DNA of 35,785 nt from a virus. Taxonomy: Duplodnaviria; Caudoviricetes. Made by a program: the position numbers and the translations under genes. The stretch lies in IMG/VR virus record IMGVR_UViG_3300014656_000076, positions 1 to 35,785 of that record, one strand, 5' to 3'. This document shows positions 1 through 9,989 of the stretch, piece after piece (positions within the stretch are counted from its first letter, which is position 1; each line of letters opens with the position of its first letter). A model generated the notes under the pieces. The model was not told where the DNA came from. It made no database searches and worked only from the letters and a program-made list of their open reading frames with translations.

Positions 1-73
1 AGGTTTTTGTATCTGTATCATCGTATTGAGAGAATAGTGGCATAGTCAGGAATACCTTTGATGAATGTAAGTT

Positions 74-114
74 TGCACGTGGTTTGAGAAATATTTGCAA
101 ATGGAATGAGAAAT
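74..114 (+). repeat. Two tandem putative transposase-binding sites (tail-side end)
   Basis: TGCAcgtggttTGAGAAAT (74-92) and TGCAaatggaaTGAGAAAT (96-114), 22-bp period; the same motif occurs inverted at the other end of the window. Confidence 0.8.
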
Positions 115-278
115 TTCAGAGGGAAAATTTACCGGATTTTACAAGGCATAAAAATCCTGTTCAATTTCAGCATCTGAAATCGACAGGCTTTTTTCTCGCG
201 ATAATGGTTGACAAAAGGCTCCTTAAAATCCCTTTTTCAACCTGTTTTATTCCCGACTTAAAGCCACCCCGGAACGCC

Positions 279-521
279 TCAAATGGAGACCGTCTCGAGA
301 AACGCTGCATACGCAGCAATAACTTCAGGCGTGTGGACGGTCCGAGCTATTTTCTGGATTTCAGCAGGTTCTCTACTAAAATCATCACCAGGCGTGATAA
401 CATGACGATGATAAGTTACCCCTATTTCTTTGCCTTCTTCCATTTTTTTTGTTATCTGTATCACGTGAATATGACCGCTCTTTGTAACTGAGTGATTATA
501 AGATACTAATGTTTCGCCCAT
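279..521 (-). CDS. Small tail-fibre-associated protein (assembly/chaperone-like)
   Basis: Directly follows the fibre gene; GGGAGG RBS before ATG at 521; YHRHVITPGDD..VHTPEVIAAY motif resembles small proteins found after fibre genes. Confidence 0.6.
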   Translation of the reverse strand: MGETLVSYNHSVTKSGHIHVIQITKKMEEGKEIGVTYHRHVITPGDDFSREPAEIQKIARTVHTPEVIAAYAAFLETVSI

Positions 522-534
522 TATATCCTCCCTT

Positions 535-1857
535 CTATGCTGACTCATATTCATAGGTTGCGCTGATCATTATTGTCGAATCGTTTGCGAAGTTGGCATC
601 GGTCAATGTTGTGATCGTGCCGGCCTCTGTAACCTCATTCATGGCAATGGTTGTAGCGTTTATGTTGATATAATGCTGGTGTTGATTGGCAAAGGATATC
701 TTACCGGGGGTTAGAGACACGGAGGCATATGCCCCGTTATCATTTTTACAAACAAGCGGCAACCCGGTTATTGTCGCGTTTCCATTGGCTGTGCCCTTAC
801 TGGTCAATGCCATATATCCGCTTATGGTGATCTTGCCAGCATTTCTCACATAACGTCCCGTCTGGGACCCATAGGTAATCCCTGTCGTCCCTCCGCCAAA
901 GGCCACTCCGAACGTCCACGTGCCTATCTCGCCATCATTCGCGGGAGACAGCATCTGGAAGTTGGTTCCATCATACGCCACGGCCACAACCTGCCCTGAT
1001 TCGATATCTCCCGTTTCAAGATCCTGATCGTGTTTTTTCTTTATGGATTCCGCCCCCAATGCATTGACGTTCAGCGTGGCGGCCCCAGTGTTGGAGGTGT
1101 TGGCAGTAAAAATCACCATCATGCCAGGGAATAGGGCAGCCGGCGCCGGATCCAGTGTAACCGCATAGGCGTCAGATGCCTCCGCATCCGCGGCGAACTG
1201 TTGGTCCTGTAGGCTGATGAGTGATGGTCGCTGCTCATACCATACGCCGGCGGCTGCGTAGTCATCCGGGCGTATTATGAACGGATGCGTTGCAACCTGC
1301 TCCGCATCCGTTGCAGCGCCCTGGAACTCGTAGAACGTCGCGGTGTCGTTGGCATCCATAATGAGGCAACGCTGCTTATCACTAAGTGCCCCTACGGGTA
1401 ACGCATCCAGCGCGCCTGCCGCCCCGCCGGTAATTGCCGTGCATTTGTATCGTTCCGTCCCTGCGATATGTCGCAGGTCCCCGATGCGATTGATATCGGC
1501 CCCGCTGCAGTCGATAAACGCGATCGGGACATAATTGCCGGTCGGGGGCGTCACGTTGATCTGCATATCACCGGCATCGTCCACATACAACCAGTTGAGA
1601 TCATTGTCGGTGCAGCTTTTGTTGCCCGCCGTGATGTTAAACGAGACTTTATCGACCTCGATGACCCCCGCCGCATAATCGATCTGCAGGCCGCCACCGT
1701 CACTCGGGGTTACCCCCGCGATGACGTGATTGCCCTGCTCGATCGCCCCGATAATGATCTCGGCTATTTGGGCGTTGTCGTTCACCTCGTCATCCCAGGC
1801 CGTATCCCCGGCGGCCGGCTGTCTGAGTTTCATTCGGTCCGTGTACGTATTTGCCAT
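535..1857 (-). CDS. Tail fibre / receptor-binding protein
   Basis: 440 aa at the distal end of the tail module; fibre-like segments (FTANTSNTGAATLNVNALG; GTWT..YGSQTGRYVR..ITGLP). Confidence 0.8.
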   Translation of the reverse strand: MANTYTDRMKLRQPAAGDTAWDDEVNDNAQIAEIIIGAIEQGNHVIAGVTPSDGGGLQIDYAAGVIEVDKVSFNITAGNKSCTDNDLNWLYVDDAGDMQINVTPPTGNYVPIAFIDCSGADINRIGDLRHIAGTERYKCTAITGGAAGALDALPVGALSDKQRCLIMDANDTATFYEFQGAATDAEQVATHPFIIRPDDYAAAGVWYEQRPSLISLQDQQFAADAEASDAYAVTLDPAPAALFPGMMVIFTANTSNTGAATLNVNALGAESIKKKHDQDLETGDIESGQVVAVAYDGTNFQMLSPANDGEIGTWTFGVAFGGGTTGITYGSQTGRYVRNAGKITISGYMALTSKGTANGNATITGLPLVCKNDNGAYASVSLTPGKISFANQHQHYININATTIAMNEVTEAGTITTLTDANFANDSTIMISATYEYESA

Positions 1858-1869
1858 GATGCTCCCCTT

Positions 1870-2307
1870 TTAGACCGAGATTGTCAGCACCCACGTGAGC
1901 GTTAATGTGTCGCCGGCGGCCTTGTTTTTAACGGCAAACACGCTCCGACACAGCATCACTCCAGCCGCGCCGGCATTAAATATCCCAGCCTCGGTAATCG
2001 CGCCGGTGCCGTCGCCCGCGGCCCAGTCGCCGACGTAGGTCACCGTGTTGGTCGATTGGGTCGTGGATGTAAGCGCGTTCCGGTCCAGCTCCGTCTGCAG
2101 GGCCGTATCCCCTGCCGCCGCGGCCGTTGTTCCCGTCCCGATCGCCATGTGGCTCATGGCGGCCTCGCCCTGATCACTCATCTGGTCGGCGATATGGTTT
2201 TTGCCGACCGTGACGATCAGGTTATCGACCGTCTCGTCATCTTTGATTTTCCCGTGCTCATCCTTGAGCACGATGCGCACCCGGCCCGACACTGTTACTT
2301 CACCCAT
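1870..2307 (-). CDS. Tail tip/baseplate structural protein
   Basis: NLIVTVG..MAIGTGTTAAAAGDTAL..ITEAGIFNA pattern typical of tail/collar proteins; GGGAGG RBS favours the start at 2307. Confidence 0.7.
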   Translation of the reverse strand: MGEVTVSGRVRIVLKDEHGKIKDDETVDNLIVTVGKNHIADQMSDQGEAAMSHMAIGTGTTAAAAGDTALQTELDRNALTSTTQSTNTVTYVGDWAAGDGTGAITEAGIFNAGAAGVMLCRSVFAVKNKAAGDTLTLTWVLTISV

Positions 2308-2371
2308 ATCCGTCCTCCCCAATCTCATTATCATATTTAATTTATCAGATGCTGTGACTGTTTCCGTTTTT

Positions 2372-5300
2372 TCAACTCCCGAAGGGTCCGAGTCCGAACC
2401 CGTTAGAAATATCGTTTCCTCCGAACCCTGCGCTGAAATATAATATTTCCGACGCCGTGGCGCTGTCGGCGAGCACAGGCCCGATCGTCAGGGCCAATTC
2501 GTCTGCCGCCTCAACGATCATGGAATCCAGGTTGCCGAAGAGACTATACCCTCCAAAGCCGATCGTCCCGAAATAGCCTGCCCCGAAACCGAACTGTGGA
2601 TTCCAGCATTTCGCCACATCGTGAATTTTTACCGTCTCCGCCAGGTTGATCCCGATCTCTATTGACAACGCCTCGGACGCGACGGCGGTGTCGGACAGTG
2701 CGGAGTTGAAAACGGCGATGATACTCAACACCTCCGAGACCGTGATCTCCTCGGCTATTTCGCGGCCCCAACCGATGGTCAACTGATCCAGGGCGAGCAC
2801 TACATCATGCAGCAGCAAATCAAACCCGCACTCGACACTCAATGCGTCGGACACCACGATCGTATCCGCCTCGTTGACGCTCCACAGAAAGTAGTGGAGG
2901 CATTCGGCAACTATCTTGATGTAGTTCATCCTGGAGAGCTTCCCGCTCCCGAATAGCCGATGAGAGGCCTTAACCACCATCGCGGCTTTCCGGAGTTCCC
3001 CGAAACTGCTGGTGACAGACAGGATGTCCTCTTTTTCTACGTCAAATTGTTCAAGGTATGCATTGAACGTGTAGAATGTTGATGGGGTTTTCAGCGTGTC
3101 GATATAAAAATCCAGCAGGCTGTCGGCCATGCTTGAGCCTGTCACCAGGTCGAACAGAAACCGGCCTCTATCTTCCCTCACCCCATGAGCCGTGACAGAT
3201 GCGGCGTCAGAATCAGACGTGTCGGCCTGGTATCCCGATGAATCCTCAACCGCTGAAGTCCAGTCTCTATCGTAACAGAGGTCGATCGTGTTGATGATAT
3301 CTGGGACCCTCTGCCTCCTGGCCGAAAAACTCTTGAGCTGGTAATCGTCGGCTGTCAGCGCCCTATCCGCCGACCCCCAGTCCTCCATCTTTTCCCTGAC
3401 CGCCAATTTCGCCTTTGCCCCATTCCAAAAAAGCCGGGTCCTGGTCTGGAACTCCACTTTTTTGACGGCCTCCCTGACCGTCAAATCCGCCCTCAAAATA
3501 CCGTTTATCGTATACCCGAGGGCCGCGAGCCGCGCCCCCGCCACTGTCATGGCATCCACGTATGCAGATCCCAGGCCCCCGCACCCCATCAAGAGATGCT
3601 TGTATACATAGTCAGGCCGGGTGATGACGGCGCTCGGTGTCCCCGTGTAGGTTCCGCTGCCGTCATCGATCAGCCCCGTCACCGCAGCCGTCACATCATC
3701 TGAAAAAACCCGCTCCCGTTTGCGGTGCTCCACGTCGAAAAAAGCATGCAAAACATACACGGACTTATCGTCGTGAGTCCCGGTATACGTGACCCGGATA
3801 TCCCTGTCTGAGAACCAGCCCCAATCGAAGTTGACATAATCGGTAACGTCAAACAAGTTGACATTGCTTTTCGTCGGCGCCTGCAACGCCGTCACCTGAA
3901 GGGCGACATTATCGGTCGCCAACCCATCAACATCGCCGACCTCTTTTACCGCGCTCAGGTTTTGCTGGACGTCTCCCGCGTTGCTGATCCCGGTCGTGAC
4001 ACCGGTGTAGCTTTGGACAATGGTCGTCAGTGTCGTCGCCTCAACGCTTGCCGCCCCTACCGTAACGTGCCCTCCAACAACTCCCCAGCCCTTCGTGCGG
4101 AACGTGATAAAAAAATCCGACCCGCTCGACCAGTTCTGGATCCCGATAATTGTTTCACCGTTCGGAACCTCAACGCCCCAAGTCGGCCCTCCAGGGTAAA
4201 GAATAATACATGCGGCGCCCATCGTATAAACCGTGACGCGCAGGACCGCCTGGTCGAACTTTTTCAATCCGGAGAATCTTATCGTTTTCGCGTCCCCGTA
4301 CTGATTGGCGACGTATGCATATAATTCAAACCCGAGCGGCTCGCTCGGGTAATAGGTCTGTGTGACGCTGACCCCGTCGGTCGCGTGGGTGTGTGGCGCA
4401 TCCTTTGTCGTGATGCCGGGATCGACATAGGCGTGCACATGATCCCCGCCGATCTGGTGGGCGTGGCCGTGATCGATATCCACCTCCGCCTCCAGGTCAG
4501 GATAATCATCCGGATTGGGCCGGCTCAGCCTGCCGATATTCCCGATCCCCTCGATCCAGACCTGGGCATAATCGTTTGCAAACGGCCCGCTCTCCCAGTG
4601 CTCTATGGCGAGGTACGCCTTCACGATCTCTCCCCTGTCCGGGTTCACCGTCGCCTGCTTGAGCGATAACAGGGGATATGATTTGTTTATCATTGCCGCC
4701 GAGGCGAGGTTGGCCGCGTCATAAGCTTTATAGGCCTGGTACGCCGTGTTCTCGGTATTGACCACATCAAACTGCATCTCCAGAAATGAGCGGCCCTTCG
4801 CGTATTGTATGGAGAAGGGCTTTTCGCTGAAAACAATTTTTGCGGGATTTGTCGCGGGATAGGTCGTATAGATGCCTGCCGGCGCCGCGAAGCCGTCCAC
4901 CTTAACATCCGATATGGCGCTGACCGGCCCTTTACCGATCAAGTAAGTATGATCCGTTATCAGCTCGACCACCTCATCCCTATCGAGATGCTCGCTCGCC
5001 GTGGTTGTCCATCCCCGCTGTGCAACGGTGAACGCGCTCGATGTGCGGCTCGAATACCGGATCTTTTCTTCCCCGACCTGGATTGCCCCGGACGCGGAAA
5101 ACCCCAGCGTGTCCAGATCCTCATTAACATTGATGGTTGCGGAATTTTCAAGGATGCTGCCGTTCAGTGTGGCCTGCGGCGCCGTCCGGGCGCAGATCGT
5201 CGGGACTTTTGAAACCGTCCCCAGAATGAGGTCGATCCCCTTCCCGACGTCTTCCGTCTTCGCATTCGGCCAATCCGACACCCTGAGCGTATCATTGAGC

Positions 5301-5764
5301 GGCCTGTCATAGAGCATGATGACGGAGACGAGATCCAGCCTCAACAGCCTGCTCGCCTCGTCATAGGCAATAGGATCCTGGATGACGAATGTGTCTATGA
5401 TTGCAGCGTCACTCGCCGAAAGGCCGTCGAACCATTGGTAAATATCGACCAGCACGTTCTCCGGATCTTCCTCCAGGAAATAATCGGAAAACGGCGTCGT
5501 CCCGCCGTTCCAAATGGTAAGAGATAACTGCCGGATCTCCGAGGTCGCGATCGCCTCCTCATCCCCGCCCGCCATATCGTTTAGCTCGCCCCAGTCCTCG
5601 ATCAACGCGGCATATTCGTGGCTGAGCCCGTCCGCAGCGCCCAGGGCCTGGTCTGACAGATACTTCGTCCCGGCATAGGGAAAGCGGAAATGTGCAAGCT
5701 GCCTGGGCTTCCTGCCCACCAGGGCCATCTGCGTCTGAAAATTAGCTGAAAGATCCGTCCTCAA
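2372..5764 (-). CDS. Baseplate hub / Tal-like host-specificity protein
   Basis: 1130 aa immediately after the Dit-like gene; internal HxHxH motifs; Gly/Phe-rich C-terminus. Confidence 0.75.
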   Translation of the reverse strand: MRTDLSANFQTQMALVGRKPRQLAHFRFPYAGTKYLSDQALGAADGLSHEYAALIEDWGELNDMAGGDEEAIATSEIRQLSLTIWNGGTTPFSDYFLEEDPENVLVDIYQWFDGLSASDAAIIDTFVIQDPIAYDEASRLLRLDLVSVIMLYDRPLNDTLRVSDWPNAKTEDVGKGIDLILGTVSKVPTICARTAPQATLNGSILENSATINVNEDLDTLGFSASGAIQVGEEKIRYSSRTSSAFTVAQRGWTTTASEHLDRDEVVELITDHTYLIGKGPVSAISDVKVDGFAAPAGIYTTYPATNPAKIVFSEKPFSIQYAKGRSFLEMQFDVVNTENTAYQAYKAYDAANLASAAMINKSYPLLSLKQATVNPDRGEIVKAYLAIEHWESGPFANDYAQVWIEGIGNIGRLSRPNPDDYPDLEAEVDIDHGHAHQIGGDHVHAYVDPGITTKDAPHTHATDGVSVTQTYYPSEPLGFELYAYVANQYGDAKTIRFSGLKKFDQAVLRVTVYTMGAACIILYPGGPTWGVEVPNGETIIGIQNWSSGSDFFITFRTKGWGVVGGHVTVGAASVEATTLTTIVQSYTGVTTGISNAGDVQQNLSAVKEVGDVDGLATDNVALQVTALQAPTKSNVNLFDVTDYVNFDWGWFSDRDIRVTYTGTHDDKSVYVLHAFFDVEHRKRERVFSDDVTAAVTGLIDDGSGTYTGTPSAVITRPDYVYKHLLMGCGGLGSAYVDAMTVAGARLAALGYTINGILRADLTVREAVKKVEFQTRTRLFWNGAKAKLAVREKMEDWGSADRALTADDYQLKSFSARRQRVPDIINTIDLCYDRDWTSAVEDSSGYQADTSDSDAASVTAHGVREDRGRFLFDLVTGSSMADSLLDFYIDTLKTPSTFYTFNAYLEQFDVEKEDILSVTSSFGELRKAAMVVKASHRLFGSGKLSRMNYIKIVAECLHYFLWSVNEADTIVVSDALSVECGFDLLLHDVVLALDQLTIGWGREIAEEITVSEVLSIIAVFNSALSDTAVASEALSIEIGINLAETVKIHDVAKCWNPQFGFGAGYFGTIGFGGYSLFGNLDSMIVEAADELALTIGPVLADSATASEILYFSAGFGGNDISNGFGLGPFGS

Positions 5765-6136
5765 TTAAACCTCCGCCTCCAGCAGTAAAGTCCCTTTAAA
5801 CCGACCCGGGGGATCCTCCTCGAAGTCCATCGGGTTGGTCACCAGCCGCACGGTGTATTCCGTCCCGTCCTCATCCGTATAGGTAAAAGTGTTCGCGGCC
5901 CCATCGCTCACATTATCCCACCAGTTGACCAGGGCGTCCCTCTTCGTCTGATCCAGTAGCACAAGGCTCAACGGGAACCGCTGCCAGGCCACGCCCAGGT
6001 CCTCCACCTGCAGCGATCCCGCCGCGGTCCTATCTACCACCTGGCTTTTCTGTTTCGGCCTCCTGAAGGGATAATTTACGTGACCGTCGAGTTCGATATC
6101 GGACTGCCCCGCCTTTGAGAATTTAGGATTGCTCAT
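5765..6136 (-). CDS. Distal tail (Dit-like) protein
   Basis: 123 aa between tape measure and hub genes; GAANTFTYTD motif; ATGA overlap with the tape measure stop. Confidence 0.65.
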   Translation of the reverse strand: MSNPKFSKAGQSDIELDGHVNYPFRRPKQKSQVVDRTAAGSLQVEDLGVAWQRFPLSLVLLDQTKRDALVNWWDNVSDGAANTFTYTDEDGTEYTVRLVTNPMDFEEDPPGRFKGTLLLEAEV

Positions 6137-7884
6137 GATCTGTCACTCTGCCGCGTCTGCTCTTCGATGATGTTCGAAATGTCCGACCTGGACATTTTTT
6201 CGTTGATATTGACATTAATAACCGAGCTGCCTTCGTAGATTCTGGCTGTCCCTGTTGTTTGGCCTAACCGGATAAAATCAGGGCTACCTATCTCTCCGCT
6301 TCCTGCAGCCCCCGATCCTGGCCCCGCCGCAGACTGACTGTTTTTAAGCCGTTCCAGGCTCTCTATCAGCCTTTCCACCCCATCCACAAATGGCTGATCA
6401 TACAACTGCACATGCACGCCGATCTGCGATCCGTCGAGATCCTTGATGCCCTGGCCGATCTTCGCAAACCGCGCCATCATATCGGCCTCTTTGTCTTCAA
6501 GATCGGTCACCAGCTCGCCGGCATGCCACTTAAGCTGGGCCAGCCAGTCGGCCTGGGCCTCGGCCCCCTTGCTGAACGCCTCCTCCTGGATCTTCTCGAT
6601 CCGGGCGAACATCCACTCGTTGATGTCCGCGATATTGACGCCGGCGTCCTTCCACGTCTTGGCCTGTTTGGCGACCTTGTTGATCTCTTCGCGGTAAAAT
6701 CCCTCGGCGTTGATCCCGGCTTCCTGATACATCTTTTCAATGGCGGCCTGCCGTTTCTCGGCATCCGATTTCTGGAGATCCATCAGCTTCTTTACTTCGT
6801 CTGATGCCTTCTTGGCGGCGGCGCCTTGGTCTTCGAGGTCTTTAATGACGCCCCGGTGGACCGGCTTGCTCTTAATCCAGAGGGAGGTCATCGCGTCCCA
6901 GGTCTCGCTCATTTGTTTGATGCCTTCTTCACGGACGCTTTGCATTCCCTCTTTTACCTCACGAAATCCCTGTGCCCATGTGCTGAAATGCTTGCCTATC
7001 TTCGGGATCCATGCCATTTTGTCAGATAGGATCTCAAACCCTGCGGCGGCGCCTTCTATGAATCTCCACACAGTCGTCTCGGCTGCGATTAACGCAATAT
7101 TGATCACTTGTGCCACAGTCAGGAGGGCCTTGCCAATAGTATATGACGCATCCGACCACCGCGCCTGATACCGCTGAATCCGCTCCGCCGCCGAGTCCTG
7201 CATGGATCCGACCCTTCTTACGATATCGCCTCCGGCCTCGAGGGTAGCATTTAAAAAGGCCTGTTTTTTTTCAGCCTCGGTGAGTTGTTCCGCCGTCTTA
7301 TGCAGCTTTTGTGCGTACCGTTCATTGGCGTCTTCGACCTTTACGATGATCCCGAGGTTATCGAGGATCATTTTGCTCTGCCGCCCGACCGCCAGCGTGA
7401 TGTCCGAAAAAGCCGCGCTGACCGTCTGACCTGTGATCTTGGATGACGCCCTGGCGACCTGCATCAGCTCGTCCAGCTTATCCGCGGCGATCCCGAGGGT
7501 CATGGCCGTCCCGGCCTTTTCCATGATCGTCATGGTGTCGATCGTGCCCCTGGAGATCCGCTTCATATCGGCGATGATTCTGTCGGCGTTGGCGCCGTGG
7601 GACGCCGCCATGTTGGCGAAGGCCTGCTCCCGCTCCTGGAACTGCGCCGCCTGGTTCATGAGATCAAAGGCTTTTTTTGCCGCCAGCACCGCCGCCGTGA
7701 TCCCCACCCAGGCCCCTTTTGCCTTTTCCCACCCCGCCTTCAGGCCGTCCCCGAAACTCCTGGCGGATTTATCAGCATCCTGGAGGCCCCTGTTCGTGGT
7801 GTCCGTAAATTGCCGCATCTGTTTGGCCGCCGCGTCGGTTGCCGCCTCGATGATTAATTTTACTTTCGCTTCATCAAACATCAC
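6133..7884 (-). CDS. Tail tape measure protein
   Basis: 583 aa, helical and Ala/Lys/Glu-rich; AVGRQSKMILDNLGI motif; follows the tail chaperone pair. Confidence 0.88.
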   Translation of the reverse strand: MMFDEAKVKLIIEAATDAAAKQMRQFTDTTNRGLQDADKSARSFGDGLKAGWEKAKGAWVGITAAVLAAKKAFDLMNQAAQFQEREQAFANMAASHGANADRIIADMKRISRGTIDTMTIMEKAGTAMTLGIAADKLDELMQVARASSKITGQTVSAAFSDITLAVGRQSKMILDNLGIIVKVEDANERYAQKLHKTAEQLTEAEKKQAFLNATLEAGGDIVRRVGSMQDSAAERIQRYQARWSDASYTIGKALLTVAQVINIALIAAETTVWRFIEGAAAGFEILSDKMAWIPKIGKHFSTWAQGFREVKEGMQSVREEGIKQMSETWDAMTSLWIKSKPVHRGVIKDLEDQGAAAKKASDEVKKLMDLQKSDAEKRQAAIEKMYQEAGINAEGFYREEINKVAKQAKTWKDAGVNIADINEWMFARIEKIQEEAFSKGAEAQADWLAQLKWHAGELVTDLEDKEADMMARFAKIGQGIKDLDGSQIGVHVQLYDQPFVDGVERLIESLERLKNSQSAAGPGSGAAGSGEIGSPDFIRLGQTTGTARIYEGSSVINVNINEKMSRSDISNIIEEQTRQSDRS

Positions 7885-7893
7885 TTGCCATCC

Positions 7894-8229
7894 TTACTTG
7901 CCATCCTTATTCTTTTCCGCCCGCACCGCCTTTACGACTTCGATCATCTGCAACGTCCGCTCAGGCTGATCATAAATCCCGCCGCCGAAAGGCAGGTACC
8001 CTTGCTCATAATGGTTGAACAGCCCGAAGGCCTCCTCGGAGAGATCCTGGTCGACCAGCCCCACAGGGCATTCGAAAATATCCTCACCATCGATCGCATA
8101 GATCGCGACCTGCGCTTTCGCCCCCCGCATCGGGCAAAGCCGGTGTTTATCCATCTCCTTTTGTCTGCACTCGCCGCAGTCATACAATCTCCCCTCGAGG
8201 CTTAAGCCTGCGGCGATGCGGAGTTTTTT
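7894..8229 (-). CDS. Tail assembly chaperone, frameshift extension (T part of G-T)
   Basis: Open -1 frame entered at A AAA AAC (8223-8229); C-terminal GYLPFGGGIYDQP motif; position just before tape measure. Confidence 0.75.
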   Translation of the reverse strand, partial: KKLRIAAGLSLEGRLYDCGECRQKEMDKHRLCPMRGAKAQVAIYAIDGEDIFECPVGLVDQDLSEEAFGLFNHYEQGYLPFGGGIYDQPERTLQMIEVVKAVRAEKNKDGK

Positions 8230-8468
8230 CTTTCGTCTCCGCTGAGATAGGTCATCCCGGTTATCCGGGTGTATAACTCGAGCGCCTCTCCGGGCGTGAT
8301 TTCGTCCGGATCCAGATCCGGGCATACAATCTTGAAAAGTTTATCCAGGGCTCCATCCCTCGCCTCTTCCTCCATATCCGTCAGCTTCCCCAGAACAACC
8401 CCGTCCTTCTTGAGCTGCTTTATCTCCCCCCTGGTCAGCCCCCGAATCTCTATCGTCTCAATATCCAT
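8202..8468 (-). CDS. Tail assembly chaperone (G-like)
   Basis: 88 aa acidic protein between tube and tape measure, ending near a slippery heptamer. Confidence 0.8.
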   Translation of the reverse strand: MDIETIEIRGLTRGEIKQLKKDGVVLGKLTDMEEEARDGALDKLFKIVCPDLDPDEITPGEALELYTRITGMTYLSGDERKNSASPQA

Positions 8469-8538
8469 CCACTTCGCCTCCGTCTCATTTTTTCATTCTT
8501 ACCCTTACGCCGTATGCCTTGTGCCTTCCGCCTTCCCC

Positions 8539-9459
8539 TTACGTAAACGCGATCGAAATCTCGTCATCCCCGGAATCCTCAGTCAAATCGAACTGATGAT
8601 TGAGGGTCCGGATATTCTCCCTCGCATCCAGGGCCAATGATGAATACCGGCATTTCGGCGCCGTGATGGTGCAGATATTGCCGGCGGCGCTCCCCACCGT
8701 GGCCGTCAGGGCCGCCAGGGTGCCGGCTCGCCAGTCCCCGAAAAAATCCTCCGTGGCCACGAGGACATGCTCCGGATCGATCGTGCCGACCGGCCCGCGA
8801 TCCGCCACGGCGGCGGACAGATGCCCGCTCGCCGCATTGACCGATGGCCTCAGGACGACGGCGTTATTCATAGCGATATCGAGCTTGGAGATGATCCCCG
8901 CATAGGAGCTGATCGTAAAGGTGGCGCTCACGAAAGGCAGCGGCACTGTGGCGTTATAGGTTGCTGAAAGTAATGCCCCATCCGTGACGGAAAAATCGGC
9001 GCCCGTGAAGACGAAGTGGATTTTCCCCGGGTTGCCCGCCTCGAGCATGATCGTCATATCCCCTCTGCAGCCCCACAGCTTATAGATCATGCCGTCTTCG
9101 TACATGGCGAGGGTCAATGACGGATCCGACCAATCGCTTAAGGGCGTATAGGTCACGGATGTCACGGCTACGACGGCTTCATAAAACCCGCATGCCTGAA
9201 TGAGGTCTCCACACTCGGGGGCCGTCCCTGCGGTGCCCGAGCCCTTCAGGTCAACATCGAACTCGAGCATCGCGCTCCGCCTGCCCGAGAGTGATGCCAC
9301 GCGGGAGAGCGTCGTGCGATTGACGTTCCGCGACAGCATCGGGATATTCGGGGTGAACTTCGCGTTAAACGCGAGAACTGCGTCTGCGGCAGCCAGCGTT
9401 TCCGCCGTCCCTTCTTCGTCCTCTATCTCCTGGGCGATCTGAAATTTTTGAATCAACAT
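8539..9459 (-). CDS. Major tail tube protein
   Basis: 306 aa beta-rich protein after the gp37-like gene; LKGSGTAGTAP..LIQACG motif; no sheath gene nearby. Confidence 0.82.
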   Translation of the reverse strand: MLIQKFQIAQEIEDEEGTAETLAAADAVLAFNAKFTPNIPMLSRNVNRTTLSRVASLSGRRSAMLEFDVDLKGSGTAGTAPECGDLIQACGFYEAVVAVTSVTYTPLSDWSDPSLTLAMYEDGMIYKLWGCRGDMTIMLEAGNPGKIHFVFTGADFSVTDGALLSATYNATVPLPFVSATFTISSYAGIISKLDIAMNNAVVLRPSVNAASGHLSAAVADRGPVGTIDPEHVLVATEDFFGDWRAGTLAALTATVGSAAGNICTITAPKCRYSSLALDARENIRTLNHQFDLTEDSGDDEISIAFT

Positions 9460-9474
9460 AACTTTTTCCTCCCT

Positions 9475-9945
9475 TTATGCGCTGTAGGTCATGCGCCACT
9501 TCACTTCGAATTCGCGGCTGAATATGGTCAGCGACTTAGTAGCGGCCACCCTTCTTACCCGGAGCGACCTGCAAAGTAGTATAGTCAACCCCAGGGTCGA
9601 AAAATTAAGAGCCGCCAACACGTCCTTCAGCATATCGTAGACGCCTTTCTCTCCGGTAACCGGCCCCCGGGCCGCCGCCGATGGGGATCTCACATTTTTA
9701 TGGGCGCACATAACGGCGAACCGCCCCGAGTGATCCATGACATTGAAGTTGCCGGTGTCGTCATCGCCTCCCGAATACGAGACCACAATCGCCGGGTATT
9801 GCCTGAGCAGCTTGACCAACTCATCCAGGTTATCCCAGGGCATCCGCTCGAAGGTTTTCACATACGCCTTCAGGGTTGCGTTGTTAGACAGCGTGCTCAC
9901 GATCGCGTCCTCAATCGATTCTATGCTATACCCGGTATATCCCAT
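9475..9945 (-). CDS. Mu gp37-like tail terminator / neck protein
   Basis: IESIEDAIV..YPAIVVSYSG..GVYDMLKDV pattern and position. Confidence 0.72.
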   Translation of the reverse strand: MGYTGYSIESIEDAIVSTLSNNATLKAYVKTFERMPWDNLDELVKLLRQYPAIVVSYSGGDDDTGNFNVMDHSGRFAVMCAHKNVRSPSAAARGPVTGEKGVYDMLKDVLAALNFSTLGLTILLCRSLRVRRVAATKSLTIFSREFEVKWRMTYSA

Positions 9946-9989
9946 ATCTCACATCCCACATCTCATATCCCATATCTCACATCGCATAT
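9941..9989. repeat. Heptamer tandem array (c[c/t/g]ca[c/t]at x7)
   Basis: cccatat ctcacat cccacat ctcatat cccatat ctcacat cgcatat fills the gap between two neck genes. Confidence 0.9.

Noticed and set aside
33-73. Target-site duplication candidates (atgaa, aatag, agtca) compared with 35748-35760
   Set aside because: No pairing gives both TG..CA termini and a 5-bp duplication at sensible distances from the end motifs.
84-491. 135-aa plus-strand ORF at the left end
   Set aside because: Starts inside the end repeats, overlaps a better minus-strand gene, and has no recognisable motif.
535-1857. Diversity-generating retroelement or invertible fibre cassette
   Set aside because: No reverse transcriptase, template repeat, second fibre end or invertase seen.
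2308-2375. Possible upstream extension or frameshift of the 1870-2307 gene (reads KTETVTASDKL, like the hub repeats)
   Set aside because: A good RBS and ATG exist at 2307; the similarity is too short to support.
7883-7908. 13-bp tandem duplication at the chaperone/tape-measure junction
   Set aside because: Real but most simply a local duplication of the stop/RBS region with no evident function.
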